Shown here piece by piece: positions 24,531 through 36,724 of a stretch of DNA of 64,000 nucleotides (positions are counted from its first letter, which is position 1; each line of letters starts with the position of its first letter). The stretch is from Leucoraja ocellata (lineage: Eukaryota): positions 1-64,000 of the forward strand of contig JAWMAR010002754.1 in assembly GCA_036785375.1 (NCBI GenBank), written 5' to 3'. The notes under the pieces were generated by a model. The model was not told the origin of the DNA and did not search any database. It saw only the letters and a program-made list of their open reading frames with translations. A program made the translations under genes and the position numbers.

Positions 24531-26706
24531 TATAACACACACGAGTGACCAGCTGGTCTTCATGCGTTGCTTTGCTGTATGGTTTATATGTTGAACTGTG
24601 GAACTGTGGAACTGTGCTGCTGTCTGTCTTGGCCAGGACTCTCTTGTAAAATAGATTTTTAATCTCAATGAGACTTCTCCTGGTTAAATAAAGGTTAAAT
24701 AAAAAATAAAAATAAAATATGGAAATACAGCATTTTATGTCCATTCGCCCTGTCGGACGCGCCCAACGGCTTCGGGGGTTCATGGGCTCAACAGAGTCTC
24801 AACTCGTGTACGTATTCCCATGTGCCCCGTTCAATCATCCAACTTCTGTGTGTTCACGAATATGTATACATAAGCCTGGAACATGTTGTTTTCAAAACGA
24901 GTGAATATTTTCAGTTGAATAGGTACAACGTGTTGTTTGATGAATTCCTTTTGTCATTAAAAAAAACGTTAAAATTGCTCATTGACGAGGTTTCAAGAGA
25001 ATCTGCTGTTTTAGCAGCGGATGATGTGGATTGTGCAAAGTTTCATATAGATACCGTGATTAAAATACCTTCTGTATACGGAAAACTTATATCCAATGTA
25101 GAGCTATAGGTGAGTAGTGCCAGAAATACAAAATCGTGAGATGAATATATCGGTTAGATGCACAGAGTCGTTTGCCCAGTGAATCTACGACCAGAGGACA
25201 TTGGATCAAGGAGAAGGGAAACATATTTAAGAGGATTCGGTGGGGAAACATTTTCATACAAAGGATGGTGGGTGTACGGAACAAGCTGCGACAAGAGGTA
25301 GTTGTGCCTATCCCGTCGTTTAAGCAGCAGTTAGACATTACTTGGATAGGAGAGATTTGGAGGGATATGGACCAAGCGCATGCAAGTGGGACTGGTGTGT
25401 CCGGGATATTGTTGGCCGGTGTGGGCGAGTTGGGCCGAAGGTCCTGATACCACACTGTATCACTCTGTGACTCTGACTCTGTGGCTCCCATGTACGGTAA
25501 TAAATCAATTTCCACATTGTCCTTTACGTTCCCCGGTGGGCAAACATTTTAACACCTCTACCCATTCCCATATAAACCATTCTCTCGTTGTACTCCTCAA
25601 CTGCTAGAGCGAGGCCACGCACAAAATGAAGGAGCAGCATCTCGTAGGTCGCTTGACTCCCTTTCTCTCACCCTCTCCCCCAACATAGTCATCACAGTAG
25701 TTGTACTGCTCGCATCTTTGGAGTTGTGTGTGACCACTTATTCCACAGCCAACAATGGGCCATTATGGGCTCCTTCATTTCCTAGTCACGTGTTGCCTTC
25801 CCTGTCTCGTTCTGGCCTACTCTTGCATCCAGTGGCCTCGCCCTACTTTCAGACGGAAGAAGGATCCTGACCAGAAACGTCATCTATCGTTTTCCTGTAG
25901 AGATACTGCCTGTTGTTCATTTGCACTCAAGAGGCGGCAAGCCGCATAATGTTCCCCTGATACTACAAAATTGGGGCTGGTGGGGGGTTAACTTTGTATC
26001 TACCTATTTCTGCTCTTCCCTCGCAAACTGTGAAGAAAATAAAATATTCTGCCATTCATGAATTAAAATGAAGTTATCGTGTTCTAAAATAAACATTGCT
26101 CGTGCACTCTGTCGTTCACAAACCAATGTCTAATATATTAAAGGAAAATAAACTCCTCCAGGTGTCCATATGTCAACTTTGGCAACATTAGCATGCAGCA
26201 TCCCCTCACGGGGACATGTTTATTCGCGCATTCCGTGACATGTAAATGTGAGCGGAATTATTCTGTGTGGTGGGGGAAATTTTGAACCATATTTCTCGCC
26301 ATTTAGTAGGGATAATCGTAACGAAGACCATTGTCCATTTTCCTACTCGTGTGTTTCTTTGAATGCAGCAGGCTCCTTAGTCCAAATGGCTTGAATTCAG
26401 TTGCTAAAATCTTACCTTCTCCGCTGTTGTCTCCATTGAAAGTATATTGTATGCCCCATAACAATATTGATGATTCTCCCGATTAACTCTACAAAGCCTT
26501 ACTACGTGTGATTTTTTTAAATTTGCTGATCTCTCGTGAAACAAATTTGGAAGTTTCTATCCAGCTAAATAAAAGTGAAAATTTCTTGTATGAATCTTTA
26601 ATGTTTTTCTTTCAGCTCCACGCTGATTCCAACGCTTTCTTGCGCAGGTCTGACGGGGTGGTTCCCGTGTCGATCGCATGTATATCTCCGGAGCTTATGT
26701 CTCTCA

Positions 26707-27345
26707 GAGAAACATAGAAACATAGAAAATAGGTGCACGAGTAGGCCATTCGGCCCTTAGAGCCTGCACCGCCATTCAATATGATCATGACTGAATCATT
26801 CAACTCGGTATCCTGTTCCTGCCTTCTCTCCATCCCTTTAGCCATAAGGCTACATCTAACTCCCTCTTAAATATAGCCAAGGAAATGGCCTCAACTACCT
26901 TCTGTGGCAGAGAATTACAAAGATTCACCACTCTATCTGTGAAAATCGTTTTTCTCATCTCGGTCCTAAAAGATTTCTCCCTTATCCTTAAACTGTGACC
27001 CCTTGATCTGGACTCCCCCAACATCGGGAATAATCTTCCTGCATCTAGCCTGTCTAACCCCTTAACAATTTTGTAAGTTTCTATAAGATCCCCCCTCAAT
27101 CTTCTAAATTCTAGCTAGTACAATCCTAGTCTATTCAGTCTTTCTTCATATGAAAGTCCTGACATCCTAGGAATCAGTCTGGTGAACCTCTCTGTGCTCC
27201 CTCCATGGCAAGAATGTCTTTCCTCAGATTTGGAGACCAAAATTCTACGCAATAATCCAGCTGTGGTCTCATCAAGACAGTGTGTAACTGCAGTCGAACT
27301 TCCCTGCTCCTATATTGAAAACCCTTTTGCTATGAATGCTAAAGC
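26707..27345 (-). mobile_element. CR1 LINE 3' fragment
   Basis: RGDLIETYKI..LDRLDAGRLFP C-terminus and (CATAGAAA)n tail. Confidence 0.88.
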
Positions 27346-27789
27346 CCCTGCACCACTTAGGAAACCAGGAAACCCACTTATTGGGGACGTTCGGGGACCA
27401 GAACCAACGGGTCTGCACTTGGTCTCGTTAATTTAAAACTGTCTCCACTCCTTTCNNNNNNNNNNNNNNNNNNNNNNNNNNNNNNNNNNNNNNNNNNNNN
27501 NNNNNNNNNNNNNNNNNNNNNNNNNNNNNNNNNNNNNNNNNNNNNNNNNNNNNNNNNNNNNNNNNNNNNNNNNNNNNNNNNNNNNNNNNNNNNNNNNNNN
27601 NNNNNNNNNNNNNNNNNNNNNNNNNNNNNNNNNNNNNNNNNNNNNNNNNTGTAAGTTTCACCATATTTATCTTTGTAATCTATTTCTTTCCTTCCCTGGC
27701 AACGTGTAGACAATCCATACTACACTGAGGTTCTCGGTTAGCGCCCCAGATGTTCTGCAGGGCTGTGTGCCTGTATCCCGCCACGCTGA

Positions 27790-28118
27790 GGTTTTGGTAC
27801 AGCTATCTCACTGCGATGCGCGGACACATCCACAGTAATACACAGCCTCGTCGCTCGGCAGTACTTCAGAGAGCGTTAACTGACTGATTTTCTGTCCTGG
27901 ATCGAGAGAACCAGAAATACGACCTTCGGCAGCCTGTTCCTCATCTGGCTTTCCTGAAGTGTGTCTTTGGAGCAGGAATTCCAGAGCCTGCCCTGGGAAC
28001 TGTCGGTACCAGTGTACTGTGTACGAGCAGATTCCGGAATATACGCAGTTAAGGGTGGCAGTGTCACCAGAAAGAGAGGATTGTTGAGGCGGATTCTGGG
28101 AACCCGCGGAAATGGAAT
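27790..28118 (-). pseudogene. Supporting TCR-delta V, cassette C (exon 27816-28118) with destroyed RSS
   Basis: V frame is open to YYC, but a 15-nt deletion removes the CACAGTG heptamer, leaving CGCAGTG-10nt-ACCAAAACC. There is also a 1-nt deletion just after YYCG. Confidence 0.75.
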
Positions 28119-29911
28119 CTACGGAAAATAACAGGGGAATAGTTATTGTTTTAACATTGACTGTTGGAGACTGTGACACACACATAAACTGATTACTGTC
28201 TCCGGTAGTTCATCACATTTTTGCAAAATATATGGAAACGTTATTTATGGATCCTTTAATTGTTCCCTCGACGAGTGGAGATTTAATTTCCTTTAGGTTA
28301 GTTTGCTTTAGTATAGTTTGGTTTAGTTTACATTAGTTCAGTTTAGTACAGTTTAGTTTAGGGACACAGCGCGGAAACGGGCCCTTCGGCCCACCAAGTC
28401 CGCGCTGACTCCAAGCCTACACACGCTGGACTTGAGAATGATACGATCTGATCTTTCTGATCACTCTGATTGAGATTTGAGCAGCATTGACATCGGCATT
28501 TCGTCCTCACGCTCAAAACTCGAACACTTCCCCCTTTTCTCTCATTTGACCCTTGCTACATATCGCAGTCTTCACCCGCGCACTTCTCGTTTTCACTTCC
28601 AACGGCGGATTTCAATTTCCACTACCGGCCAATGGCCTAACTCTGCTTCTATGCCTCATGGTCTTTGTTTTGGATGTGGACATAACTGTTAAGGCCAACA
28701 GTCATTGCCCGTTAGAATCAAAAGTAACGATTACAGGGTGATTAATTGTATTATCTTCCGATAACGGAACAGTGACATTTCTTACTTGTAGATGTACACA
28801 GGCCTAGAAATAAAATATTCTTTATCGGATAACAGTCATAGAGTCATGGAGCGATATAACGCGGAAACAGGCTCTTCGGCTCACGTTGCCCAAGCATGTC
28901 ACAGCTACATTAGAGCCTCCTGCCCGCCTTTGTTCCTAATCCATACAAACCTGGCCAGTCCATGTACTTGTCTAACTGATTCTTAAACAGTGGGATAGTG
29001 CCAGCTTCAACTATGTACTCTGGCAACTTGTTCTGTACACCCACTACGCTCCGTGTGAAAACGTTATGGAGGGGGTATGGAGAGAAGGCAGGTACAGGAT
29101 ACTGAGTTGGATGAACAGCCATGAAGATATTGAATGGCGGTGCCGAATGGCCTTCTCCTGCACATATTTTCTATATTTCTATGTTTCTATGTTACCCCTC
29201 AAATCCTATTAAATCTTCCCCTTCAGCTCAAACCCCGGTCCCCGACTCACCTATTCTGCACAAGACACTCTACGTTTCTACCCGTTCTATTATTGCCATG
29301 ATTGCATACATTTCCGTACGATCAGTCCATTCCTCGCCTAATGTATGATACCAAAACGAACTCAATAATTTAACAGCCACAATCCTAGAACAAAATAAAC
29401 AAACCCTTTGTATAACCAGAGACAATTATGAAAAGTTTATGAACACAATGGGCTGCAGTAACTTGTAGACCAAGAGGGTGATTTCGCAGAGTATGTTGGA
29501 ACAAGCCGGCGATTTGGTGGAAGCATTAACTGCGCGGGCCAGGCAGCATTTCAGGAGAACACTGATAGCCGACATTTGGAATCTAGACTTCAGAATCCGA
29601 TGTCAGCATCCGCATTTACTTGTGTCTGCATAGAAATCCATAGCTGTGGTTGGCACGGTATGGTGTTCCCGATCCTGATGGTTTTGGGGAAGTAGCTATT
29701 CTTCAACCTGATTCACGTTGTGCTCCCGGGGAGCCCGACATATCCTCTCATTGGACTCACGTGTACCGTAACATCTGGAGCAAGTTGCCGGAACCCTTTA
29801 TAAATAGAATCTGTTTCAATTGGAAAGCAATTGATGCCTCGTGATCCAATGTTAAAGGGAACTGAATATTTCCAAGAACAGCCGTGGATAAGAGAGGTTT
29901 AGGTTACTTAC

Positions 29912-29975
29912 CAGCTGCGACAGTCACCGTAGTCCCCGTCCCATACTGATAGTAAGTGTTCCATGAAGCCCCATC
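29912..29975 (-). CDS. Unjoined NAR-type J segment, cassette C (DGASWNTYYQYGTGTTVTVAA)
   Basis: IgNAR-like YGxG motif; G|GTAAGT donor at 29912/29911. Confidence 0.9.
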
Positions 29976-30014
29976 CACAGTGCCCCGTCTGTCGATGCTC
30001 GCGGTACAAGAACA
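29976..30014 (-). other. 23-bp-spacer RSS 5' of J, cassette C (IgH-type J signal)
   Basis: Read outward on +: CACAGTG (29976-29982), 23 nt, ACAAGAACA (30006-30014). Confidence 0.9.
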
Positions 30015-30323
30015 GTTCTCACCGCGATTTGCCCGGCAACCATTAGAATCGCGGTCCAATTATTCCAGGAGTTTCAGACCAACCAGTAACTATCCTTTCT
30101 TCCAACTCATCGGTGGGTCGACCAGTTCCCGCTAAGAACAGAGCTAAGAGCAGAGTGATCTCCAACACGCAGGCCGGTGTGCTTTAACAAACAGGGAACC
30201 AATTATTAGGGAATGTTAACGGAATGTGGTAATCCCTGTGTAATTTATCTGGACCACAGCGTCACGAACAATAATCGTGCGATTTGGTTCCGGAACCCAA
30301 GAATATATATCTTGAATGGGGTG

Positions 30324-30351
30324 AGTTTTTACTCGACTCTCCTACACTGTG
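30324..30351 (-). other. 12-bp-spacer RSS 3' of fused V-D, cassette C
   Basis: Minus strand: CACAGTG (30345-30351), 12 nt, GTAAAAACT (30324-30332). Confidence 0.85.
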
Positions 30352-30854
30352 GGTAGTCCCGCTGCTTAGTCCATTTGTACTCAGCTTGACAGTAATATGT
30401 GGCCATATCCTCAACTCTCAAACGAATAATTTTCAACGAAAAGGTCTTTTTCGCTATATTAATCCACACAACAAACCGTCCACCTGGAGTGACCCGCTGC
30501 CACTGGGCATCGGACTGTGCACGCTTGAAGAAATGTCCAGCCTGTAATCTGTAACTGCCCCAGAAATGAATTTGGAAACGGCAGGTGATGGTGACGGGCT
30601 CACACTCTTTTCCAGTCACCGCATTCGGGCTCTGGGTCACTGACTGACTGAAGGAATCTGTAGATGAAACACAGGGAGAGGTTAGTGCGAATTCGAGGCG
30701 AACCGCGGCAGAAGGATACATCGCGGACAGTGTTTGAAATTCAGGTCGGAGTGGACTCGAGTTGTTTTATGTTAAACCCGCACTGTGTGGGAGTAGGGGA
30801 CCGGTACTCACGGCGTAAGCAGAGTGACAGCACAAAACACAGGAGGATTCCCAT
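30352..30854 (-). CDS. NAR-TCR gene with germline-fused V-D, cassette C: leader exon 30812-30854 plus V-D exon 30352-30657
   Basis: Leader MGILLCFVLSLCLR. VNAR-like V ending YYCQAEYKW, continuing in frame through ACTAAG into the D core CAGCGGGACTACC (QRDY). Confidence 0.87.
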
Positions 30855-33513
30855 CGCGCACTCTCTGGGAATAAATGGTTCACGTGACGAGAGGCTGAAA
30901 ACCAGGTCGCCATACAGATCCTGCAGCCAATCCCGGAGAACTGAGCGGGAACCTCAGCTGGTCTGTTCGCTTCGGTGCGGGCGATGTTCTGGGAATTTTT
31001 GAAAAAATCCCAATCGATTTGTGAGGAGAGGGAGAGTTTTAGACGTGGACCCTTAAACCTGTTGATTTGGTTGGTGGGCTGGAATCTGATGTGAAACATC
31101 TGATGTGGCTCTGACGTTTCTCTGACGTTCAGTAGACCATCTGAACCATTCGGGCTACCATATGGGGGCAGTAGATAAGGTGAACGCACAATCCCCTATC
31201 CAATCGGTATACGTGACAAATAAACTAAATTGAACGGGTGGCGGAGGTATTCTGTCAGCAGAGGCTGTAGCACCCCTGTTCAACTCCGCAATACTGTCTG
31301 TTTGTTTGTTTGATGAGAGGCTGTAGGGCCGAAGGTGGTGGGAATTGCTGCACCGCGGATTATAACATCGATGAAAGATCAATGCGAGACCACAGTCGGG
31401 CTGGGTACCGGTATAATTCCGACTGTCAATGAGCCAGTGAAAGGGAACACACAGATTGCAATTAATGCAGTCGCTAGCAGGGATGGAGAAACACAGAAAC
31501 ACTGTAGGTGTAGGTCATTCTCCTTTCGAGACAGCACTGACATTCAATATGATCAAGGCATTTGGGCACTGGAGGTGGGGTACCTCTGTTGGTGAGGGGT
31601 GAAATGGGCGAGAAATAGTATTGGGTAAACCGATGGGTCTGAAGGCTGATAAATCCCTAGGATCTGACGGTCTATATCACAGGGTACTCTTGGAGGTGGC
31701 TCTAGAAATCGTGGACGTATTGGTGATCATTTCCAATGTTCAATAGATTCAGGATCAGTTCCTGTGGATTGGAGAGTAGCTGATGTTATCCCACTGGAGA
31801 AAGGAGCGAGAGACAAAACGGGAAATGAAAGAACAGTTCGCCTGTTATCGGAGCTGGGTAAGATGCTGGAGTCAATCATCAAAGCCGTAATAACGGCGCA
31901 TTTGTACACAATTAAAAGATTGGCCCAAGTCAGCATGGATTTATGAAGCGGAAATGCTGCTTGACAAATCTTCTGGAATGTTTTGAGAATGTGACAAGTA
32001 AAATGGATGAAGGAGTTACCTGTCAGAATGGCAGACAGTGGCGAGTAGAATGCCGCAAGGTTCGATGCAGGGGCCGCAGCTATTGACAACATAGATTAAT
32101 GATACATCTGATGGAATTATATGACAGTCAGGACTGTCTTATGAAGAAAGACTGGATAGACTTGGTTTATACTCTCTAGAATTTAGGAGATTGAGAGGGG
32201 ATCTTATAGAAACTTACAAAATTCTTAAGGGATTGGACAGGCTAGATGCAGGAAGATTGCTCCCGATGTTGGGGATGTCCAGGACAAGGGGTCACAGCTT
32301 AAGGATAAGGGGGGAATCTTTTAAAACCGAGGTGACAAGAACTTTTTTTCACACAGAGAGTGGTGAATCTCTGGAACTCTCTGCCACAGAGGGTAGTCGA
32401 GGCCAGTTCATTGGCTATATTTAAGAGGGAGCTAGATGTGGCCCTTGTGCCTAAGGGGATCAGAGGGTATGGAGATATGGTAAGGCAGGTACGAGATACT
32501 GAGTTGGATGATCAGCCATGATCATATTGAATGACGGTGGAGGCTCGAAGGGCCGAATGGCCTACTCCTGCACCTAATTTCTATGTTTCTATGTTTCTAA
32601 TTAAAAGTAACACGAGCAAATTTGCAGATGACACAAAGCCGGGTTGCAGTGTGAACTGCGAAGAGGATGCGAGGTGGATGTAAGGTGAGCTGGACTGGTG
32701 GGCAGATTCATGGCAGATGCTGCATAATGTAGGTAAATGTGAGGTTATCCACTTTAACTGCAAGATCATGGAAGCAGATTATTATCTCAATGGTGTGAGA
32801 TTTGGGAAAAGCGATGTGCAACGAGACTTGGGTGTCCTTGTACACTAGCCACTGTAAGTAAATATTCAGCTACACCAGGTAGTGAAGAAAGATAATGGTA
32901 TGTTGGCCTTCATAACGAGAGGATTTGCGCATAGGAGTACACGTCCTTCAACAGTTGTACAGGACATTGGGGAGACATGTTTCCTCCATCTAGCCGGTCC
33001 AATATTCTTGCTATTGAGGGAATGCAGCGTTCGTTCACAAGGTTAATGCCCGGGATGGTGGGGCTGTTACATGTTGAGAGAATGGAGCGGCTGAGCTTGT
33101 ATACTCTGGAATTTGGAAGGATGAGAGGGAATCGTATTTAAACATGTAAGATTATTAAGGGTTTGGGCACGAACCATGTTTTCGATTTTGGCGGCGTGCA
33201 GAAACAGGGGGCCACATTTTAAGAATAAGGTTGACAAAAGTGCTGGAGAAACTCAGCGGTTGCAGCAGCATCTATGGAGCGAAGAAAATAGGCAACGTTT
33301 CAGAACTTATTCTTCAGGATAAGGTCATTTTGAAAGTTACATGGAAAACATTAGATGTTTGTTCAAAAATGTGTAAGTAATGTCCGCAGGGATGTAATCT
33401 CGTTGCCTGTTTTTCCCTTCATTTACATTATAAATATGCCAGATATTGGTTTGTTTCGCTGACAACCGCTGAGCGGCAGCACAAGGAGTGATCGCCTGGA
33501 CCTTCGCATTAAA

Positions 33514-35952
33514 ATGGACGTTATTCCGATCGCGGTAAAAATAGTACTTGTGTATTATCCGATTCTGGCAGCAATCGGTATACCTGGTAGGTAATTGTCG
33601 GCACATCTCATGTTTGAAGAGCGCAGAATATTAAAGGTTAAGAGGACATAGCGAGTAGCCGAGCGGGGGTTCGGACCGCACGCTGGTACAGCGCTAGAGT
33701 AACTGTCTTACAGCGCTTGGCTGTACGGAGTCTGTACGCTTTCCCCGTATCCTTTTGGGGTTTCCCCGAGATCTTCGGTTTGCTCCCACGCTCCATAAAA
33801 GTAAAATAAATTGTTCCTTGTGTGTGTAGGAGTGTGCGTGATCGGTGCGGATTAGGTGGGCCGGTAGTCGTGCTTTCGCGCTGTATTCCTAAACTAAAAT
33901 AAAATAAGCGATGTGCATCTTAGGAGCGAGGTAGCGCGTTGGTATATGTGATGGATGCCGCTCATTGAAGCTGGCAGAAATGTAGCCTTCGTGGCTTTTT
34001 ACTAAAATCAATGTCCGTACTTGCGCTGTTGCGAGGTGAAAGGGAACTTCGTCCTCGCTGTGAGTGGCAGTTTCTGTTCCACTGTGCGTACTGCACTCGG
34101 CAGAACGAGAATACACCCCGATCAGTCATTTGACACTGCATTTTCCGTATCGCTCTTAAATTCTCATAGGGATAATTTAGCAAAGCCAGATTTGAAGGTC
34201 GTACAAACAACCTGTTCCACAAAAACGGAGCACAGATGAAATAAACTACACGTGCAGCGATCTTGCAGTGGAACCAAAGAACTGGTTAACTCAGCCAGTC
34301 TTGCAGCATCTCTGGAGGACCGACGCAGTCGACGTATCGGGTCAGGATCATTCTGCCGATCGGAGTCTGAAGAAGGGTCTCGAGCTGATACGTCGCATAT
34401 CTATGTCCTCCAGAGATATTGCCTCCTCCACTGAGATACTCCAGCACCTTTTTTTGTCAGGTACCGTACGGAGGCCCGCCCGATATTCGGCAGAAAATAC
34501 TTGCCCGTTATGTTGTTAGCCTTGTTTGTGAAGGTTGTTTGTAATTATATTTGCTGCGCTTCACTGAAACCCTTTCATGTTCGGAAATACATTCTCGAAG
34601 GCCCAATGGAAAACAGACCGCGTTAATCCAGACCACGAGTGACTCAATGCCACGATGCAAACGATGGATGTTACATCAATATCAAGCGATTGGCATAATT
34701 TTGTGAAAATTAGTACATAAGGCAATCCCACTAATTTTGGTCAACGGGATTTTATTCATTTGCAGATTAAATTCCTGATTTCTAAAATCGGATTGCCTTT
34801 TGCACCAATATTTTCATCTTTATGTAATTATTTTCTACATAAGGCAATCCCACTAATTTTGGTAATCAGGAATTTAATAATTTACAGATTGAACAACTTT
34901 TTGGCAAACGTTTGACGGGTGATTTACCCAAATATTGATTCGTTAAACAAAATAGTCTCTGCCACTGGCGACACAGGTTTAAATGACTCCGTCTGCTCCC
35001 ACCCACCACACAATTAATCAGTTTCTGTTTTCATTATTTCCCAGTGAATCTGATGGCGATTGTGATCCTGTCCCGTGGCAAGTGCGGCCTCTCCAAGTGC
35101 ATCACTCGTTACATGGTAGCCATGGCGACCGCGGACCTCTCTGTGATTTTCTGTGAGGTGATATTTCACCGGATTGCCGATATGTATTGGTGGCATGCTT
35201 CCTTGCCCTACACTCCTGTGTGTAAAATAACAATCTACCTGGCATCAGTCTCTGTGAATTGTTCTGTTTGGTTCACAGTCGCTTTCACCTTTGATCGCTT
35301 TGTTGCGATTTCTACTCAGAAAATGAAAACCAACTATTGCACCGAGAGAACGGCGACGATTGTTATCCTGACGGTGAGCCCGCTCGTCTGCCTCAAACAT
35401 CTACCCTTGCCCTTCGCATACACTTCTTATCGAGGAACGGGTAGAGAACTAGGCTGCTTCAAACTCGTACATTTTTACATTCATCCCGAATGGATGGTGT
35501 TCTCTTGGGCCGAACAGTTGTTCACCCCGGTGATTCCGTTCTGCCTGATTTTGTTGTTTAACGCGCTCACCGTCAGACGTATTTCCGTGGCCAGTCAGGT
35601 CCGCATGGACCTCCGGAACCTCAGCGGTGGGGAGAAAAAGAAAGACCAGGAGATGGTGAACCGCAGACGGTCGGTCGTTTTACTTCTGGCAATCTCGAGC
35701 TCTTTCATCCTGCTCTGGGCCACAAGTGTTGCATATTTTATTGCGGTTCGATGTTTGAATGTGTTTATGCACAAGGCCTGGGGAAACCCTTTGGAAGGAT
35801 TGGAAAATGTTGGATACATGCTTCAGCTGCTGAGCTCGTGCACCAACACGGCCATTTACACCGTGACCCAGAGCAAGTTCAGAGAGGAGCTGTTCCGTGT
35901 GCTAACGTACCCGATCCGTTGCACTGGAAAGTTATTTAAATTGGCAAACTGA
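33514..35952 (+). CDS. GPR139-like GPCR, copy 3 (exon 1 33514-33586, exon 2 35045-35952)
   Basis: Exon 1 MDVIPIAVKIVLVYYPILAAIGIP; intact 7TM exon; longer intron than copies 1 and 2. Confidence 0.9.
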
Positions 35953-36724
35953 TAGTTAAAATAATATAGCAAAAGCGAGTGACCAGCTGTGCTTCATGCG
36001 TTGCTTTGCTGTAGGGTATTTATGAAAACACAGCATTTAATGTGTGGACATTTTATGTCCATTCGCCCTGTCGGTCACGCCCAACTTCTTCTTCAATTGA
36101 GTCTCACCTCTTGTACGTTTTCCCAAGTGCTCAGTTCAATCATTCAACTTCTGTTTTTTCACAAATATATATGTATATGCCTGGAACATATTGTTTTCAA
36201 AACGAGTGATTATTTTCAGTTAAATGCGTGCAACGTGTTGCAGATATGATTTCCTTTCATCATTGAAAAAACGTACCGTTGCCACAAAACTCTGCCATTC
36301 ACAAACCAATGGCTGATAAATTAAGTGATAATACACGCCTCCAGGTGCCCATATGTCAACTCTGCCAACATTATCATGCAGCATCCCCTCACGGGGACAT
36401 GTTTAGTCGCGAATTCGGTGAAATGTAAATCTGAGCGGAATTATTCGGTGTGATGCGGAAAATTGTGAACCATATTTCTCTCCGGTAGGCAGGCACAATC
36501 GCAACGAAGCTCATTGTCCCTTTTCCAACTTGTCTGTGTCTTTGGATGCAGCGGCGTCCATAGTCCAAATGGCTTGAATTAATTTGCTAGACTATTACCT
36601 TCTCCGCTGTTGTCCACATTGAAAGTATATTGCATCTCCCAAAAAGATATTGATGATTAATGCCGATCAACTCTACAAAGCATTACTATGTGGGTGTTTT
36701 AAAACTTGCTGTCCTGAAGTGAAA

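Larger units (their letters stand above)
14935..26700. repeat. Segmental duplication unit B (near-identical to unit A, 1-13890; also homologous to unit C, 27651-36720)
   Basis: Colinear near-identical sequence, including V, DJ, leader, LINE debris and GPCR. Confidence 0.95.

Noticed and set aside
27378-27713. ORFs spanning N runs (also 53445-53758)
   Set aside because: Artefacts of assembly gaps.
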